Positions 56,800 to 64,000 of a stretch of 64,000 nucleotides of DNA are shown one piece after another. The DNA lies in NCBI GenBank assembly GCA_964016885.1, contig OZ024740.1, positions 350,300,001-350,364,000 on the forward strand, in the 5' to 3' direction. This stretch comes from Eledone cirrhosa (taxonomy: Eukaryota). Within the stretch, counting starts at the first letter, position 1. The number at the start of each line of letters is the position of its first letter. The notes under the pieces were generated by a model. That model was not told the DNA's origin. It made no database searches and saw only the letters and a program-made list of their open reading frames with translations. The position numbers were made by a program, and so were the translations under genes.

Positions 56800-59302
56800 C
56801 TCTTTGAGTCTCAGTCATTGATGTTAGTTAACTGGAAAGTTTGTTGAAATGAATATCAAGCCACTACCTGCAGCCTCAGATATTCAGGACGTATCGGAGG
56901 GTTCTTGCTGTTCCCAGCAAGCATGCCTTTTGAAGCGTTCCAAAAAGCGTGGCGGGGCCAATTTTCTTTAACCATCCCTGGAAGCTTTTTGAGATAGTCC
57001 CTAGTGCGCCTATGACAATCGGGATCACTTTGACTTCATGGCAGTTCCAAATCCTTTTTACCTCCCACTTTAAGTCCTGGTATCGGTTAATTTTCTCCCT
57101 CTCCTTCTCTTGCACTCTCGTGTCGAATGGGCAGGCCACATCCACAATCAGGCACGATCTTTTTTCTTTGTCCACAACCACCAGGTCAGGTCTATTGGGA
57201 TCCAGTTTCTTGTCCGTCTGTATCCTAAAATTCCACAGCACATTCACCTGATCGTTTTCTATCACCGCCTCTGGCTTATGCTCATACCACTTCTCAGAAT
57301 GTGGTAAATTGTTTACTTTGCGTAGGTGCCAGTGGATCACCCTGCCCATCACATCATGTCTCCAGCCCTTATAGTGAGTCTGGGCTAGGTGTTTACACTC
57401 GGATACAATGTGAGCCACAGTCTCCTCTCTCCACAGATCCTGCACAGTGGGCTAGCCTCCTCCTTGTAAATATGGTGTTTCAACCACTTCGTTTTGAGGG
57501 CCTGCTCCTGCGCAGCCATTAACATTCCTTCTGTAGCCTTTTTAAGGTCTCCTCTTTTCAACCAGTTCCATGTCTGTGGATCTCTAAATTCAGTTTTCTC
57601 AAAGAAGGTACTATGAAGGGATTTTTCCTAAACGCTGCTCTTTCTCTTTGATGTTATTTCCTCCTTGGACATCCCCTGGCATATTGTCCCCTCCTTCAGT
57701 ACAGTTCTGAGCATTGGCTCCTTACTATCAGTCACGTATTTGTGTAGGTTGTTTTTCTCCATCTGAACACAGTCCTCTATGCTGATAAGACCTCTTCCAC
57801 TCTCAGATCTCCTTAAGTAGAGTCTATCGACATCACCCCTCTTGTGGAACATGTTGTAGATAGTCAATAGCTTCCTAGTCTTCCTATCCATTTCTTTCTG
57901 TTCAGCAACATTCCATCTCAGAATTCTCGCACTGTACCTAATAATAGATACAGCTCGGGAATTTACTGCACTTATGGCATTCCTACTGTTCAGATGTGAC
58001 TTTAATACGCTCCTCATTCTCCGAATGTATTCAGTTCTTATCAATTCCTTCATTTTTTTGTTCTTGATGTCATCAGCCTCCAGAACGCCCAAATACTTGT
58101 ATCCTTCTTCAGAGTCAATTTCCTTTATCATCTCACACGTTGGTACCTGGATTCCGTCACTTCTGCTCAACTTACCCCTCCTCATCACAATGACTCCACA
58201 CTTACTAATACCAAATTGCATACATATATCATTGGTGAAAATACGGACAGTGTCAACAAGCACATCCAACTCCTTCTCACTCTTCACGAAGAGCTTAAGA
58301 TCGTCAATGAAGAGGAGGTGATTGATGGTAAGCCCTCCCTTTCCCAACCTGTATCCTGCCCTCACTTTTCGCAGTACACTGGTCAGGGGCATCAGGGCAA
58401 GGACAAACAACAGGGGGGACAGACTATCTCCCTGGAAGATACCTCTCTTGATCTTCACGCTTCCTAAGGATTCTCCAGTTGATGTTAACTCTGTTTCCCA
58501 GGACTTCATACTTTTGCCCAACAGCTGTCTGTTGTTATCTGCCATCTTGAAGATCTCCAGGCTTCTGGTGATCCAAGAATGAGGCACCATGTCAAATGCC
58601 TTTTTGTAGTCTATCCATCCCATGGCAAGACCAGTGTGTCTCCTCTTGCAATTCCTCATTACCATCTTATCAATAAGTAACTGGTCCTTTGTACCACGTG
58701 ACTTCTTTCGGCATCCTTTCTGTTCGTCCGGTAACAAATTGTTTGTGTGGAGGTGATGGTAGATTTCCTCAGACATAATGCTTGTCAACAGTTTCCACAT
58801 TACGGACAGACATGTGATAGGTCTATAGTTGGTAACATCATTACCCTTGATTCGGTCTTTCATTACCAGAACTGTGGTACCTTTTGTCAACCACTCTGGT
58901 ACCTCACCTGACATCAAGCAGTCATTGAACATAGTTGTCAGTTTCGGGTGGAGGGATGTTATATTTTTAATCCAATACCCCTGCACACCATCTGGGCCTG
59001 GCGATTTCCAGTTGGTTAGTTTTTTGGCCTCCCCATTAAGAGTTTCAACTGTGATACTCAAATCAGTTTGTTGGTGTGCCTGTTCACTAATCTCCTTCTG
59101 TACTGTCTCAATCCACACTGCCTGGTCATTATGTTTAACATCCTGCTCCAATATTCCTCTCCAGAATGTTTTAGTTTGTTCCGCCTTAGGGATCAAATCG
59201 TTGCCTCTTTCTTTCCCTTCAAGCTGTCCAAAAAGCATCTTCTGGTTGTTGTCGAACATGCGGTTCTGTCTATACTGGCTAACTCTGTTCTCGTATCGCC
59301 TG
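56800..59302 (-). mobile_element. R4/Dong element A, 5'-truncated, in (TAA)n
   Basis: ORF 57628-59259 (SPGPDG, YRPITCL, DYKKAFD, GIFQGDSLSP, FIDDLKL) + 56876-57445 (RHD, RPDLV, EKINRY); (TTA)n at 56718-56799 and 59303-59408. Confidence 0.93.
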
Positions 59303-61850
<2,548 letters not shown>

Positions 61851-62086
61851 ATTATTATTATTATTATTGAATGCTATGGTTGACGGAGGCTCGGCTCTGT
61901 AAGGTATTGTAAATTTTGAACGCTATAACAATTGTAAATTGTTTAAAACTTAGACCAACTTGTAGACAAAAACACCCTCCTCCTCGTGAGAGGGGTCTTT
62001 CTGCCCGTTATTTGGCCCTTCGGGGTTAAATAACTGCTTATTGGGGTTTTGTACCCAATATTTATTTTAAACAAAAAAAAAACAAC

Positions 62087-64000
62087 ATGGCTACGAAAAA
62101 GAAATTTCATAGGTCACTCCCACTCATTCCGTCTTCTTCTTCCTCAATCATCACTACAGCAGAGAGAAGATTGTCTCTCTCCCTCCCTTCTTTAAATGTG
62201 TCTCTCTCCCTCCCTTCTCTTTCGCAAGCGACGAAAGAAAAGAAAAGTCTCGTGCAAAGCGTGCAAGGTTTCTCCACGACGACGACAGCAACGAAACAGG
62301 TGTGCGGGAAATACGAAAACCCAGTTCATTCGTCTGACGTCAGGAATAATAGCAGTAGCAGCCGTAATAACAACAGCAACAGTGACAATGAAAACAACAG
62401 TAGCAGCCGCAACAGCATCACCAGCAGCATAAACAACAACAGCATTAGCAGCAGCAACACCAACAACAACCACAGCAACAGCGGCGGAGGCAGTAGTCGT
62501 AGTACCTGCAGCAACAACAAAAGTAACAGCAGCTCTGACGACAACAACAACAACAGCAGCAAAGAAAAACCAATCTCATTTGCAGGTATTGCGAAAAACT
62601 TGGAAACAATCCTCATAACAAATGAGGAATTAGAGGAAGCGAAGAAGATGGTGACAAAGACTGGACACCGACCAATCTGCAAGGCAGCGGAAAATTTTTT
62701 CGAAACCCAACAGCACTGTACGGTCACGTACCGTACAGTAAGTACAAAATCCCGTAGGGTGGAAAGAGCCACAGAGGCTCAGATACAAAAAGCCTTGGGG
62801 TCTGTGTGGCAGCGGAAAACGCACATCACCCGAGGCAAAAAATATGCCACCGTAGACGTACTTTTTGCTACACCCCAGGAGGCAAAGGCCCAATCCGTAG
62901 TGACCCTAAGGAGCGAGGAAATGGTGTTGGAGCCCTCCTACTGCGGGCAAAAAATTGTGAGGGTCAAACTGACCCACGTCTCCCCCGGGATGGCCCCTTC
63001 TTGGCTGGCCGCGTCTGTCCTCGTCGGAATCGAGGACAAAACAACTGTACTGCAAGTACAGAAAAAAGTAAGAGAAGATTGGGTCGGCTCCTCCATTGAG
63101 ATGCTAATCCAAACCAACCAGGAGTGCATCGAAGCTATCCCGGATGTGATAGACTTCGATAACGGCACTCAACTGCCCATAAGTGTTGAGGGAAAACGCC
63201 CAAAATGCTTTCGCTGTGGATCGAAGACTCACCTCAGGGCCTTCTGCAACGAGAAGACCCTGAGAAAGGAGAAAACCCCCCCTCCTTCCGAAACCGGCTC
63301 CACGGCTACCAGCAACAGGACAAGCGGCAACCAGGAACGATAGGTCCGTGGCACCCTTACCCACGCCACGGAAATCAAAAACAGCAGCAGCAGTGGAAAT
63401 ATTAACAACAACAACAGCAATACCAAATGCAGCTGCAACAGAGACTCCAGTGCAAACATCACCAACAACAACAAGTGAAAGAGTGGAGCTGGTACCCCTC
63501 CCCGACCTCACAGAATCAGACATGGAGTGTGAGGTGGGAAAGGGATGGCAAAAGGTCGTAAGAAGGCACAAACGCAGAAGCAGCGCATCGTCGCCTTTGA
63601 AAAGGGAGGAAAGAAATGAGAAAAGGGTAAAGTCTACTGCAAAGAGACCCACAGCAGTAACACCACCAACACCATCACCACACAAACTAGCACCACCATC
63701 ACCACCGGCGACAACCCCACCGCCAACAACACCTTCAACACCACCACCACAAGCACCAACATCGCAAACACAACAACAAAACACACCCACCCAGCAACAA
63801 CGACAAGAAAATAGCAGAACCACACCCCACCCCCAGAAAAACAAATGCACGGCAATAAATACACACAACAAGAAACTAATGACTTACATAATTGAACACA
63901 CAGACATTTCAAAACACGACTACATAATACCAGCACCAATCAAAACGCCAACTAACATAAGACTGCTAAAAATAGCACAGAAACAATACACAAACATTAA
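62087..64000 (+). CDS. L1/Tx1-like ORF1 (gag-like, CCHC zinc knuckle); probably continues by frameshift past 63343; runs off right edge
   Basis: 418-aa ORF with S/N-rich N-terminus, ISFAGIAK, CFRCGSKTHLRAFC; another frame continues ...GWQKVVRRHKRR... Clade is inferred because no ORF2 is in the window. Confidence 0.65.

Noticed and set aside
61965-62050. HDV-like ribozyme (TCCTCGT loop)
   Set aside because: P3 and P1 do not form; simple hairpins explain it better

Overview
AT-rich, microsatellite-dense eukaryotic DNA with no recognisable host gene. The tRNA-derived SINEs resemble octopus SINEs as I recall them, so a cephalopod source is inferred, not proven. The window is a pile-up of retroelements inserted into simple repeats: Penelope-like elements (PLEs; Neptune-, Naiad- and probably Nematis-like) mostly at (TA)n, R4/Dong elements at (CATA)n and (TAA)n, RTE elements, an L1/Tx1-like ORF1 and SINEs. 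The standout is a nearly invariant 310-bp tandem array (3267-8948, about 18 units in two divergent arms). Each unit is a structured non-coding module carrying a minimal type I hammerhead ribozyme (HHR), i.e. a retrozyme-like element. A 319-bp sister unit at 20.4 kb keeps the same RNA scaffold but has a different, pseudoknot-like cassette where the HHR sits. A third ~424-bp HHR unit lies at 35.6 kb. By eye I count about 30 HHR motifs, plus one HDV-like ribozyme candidate at the 5' end of a bipartite RTE derivative. All folds were read by eye and none was computed or tested.
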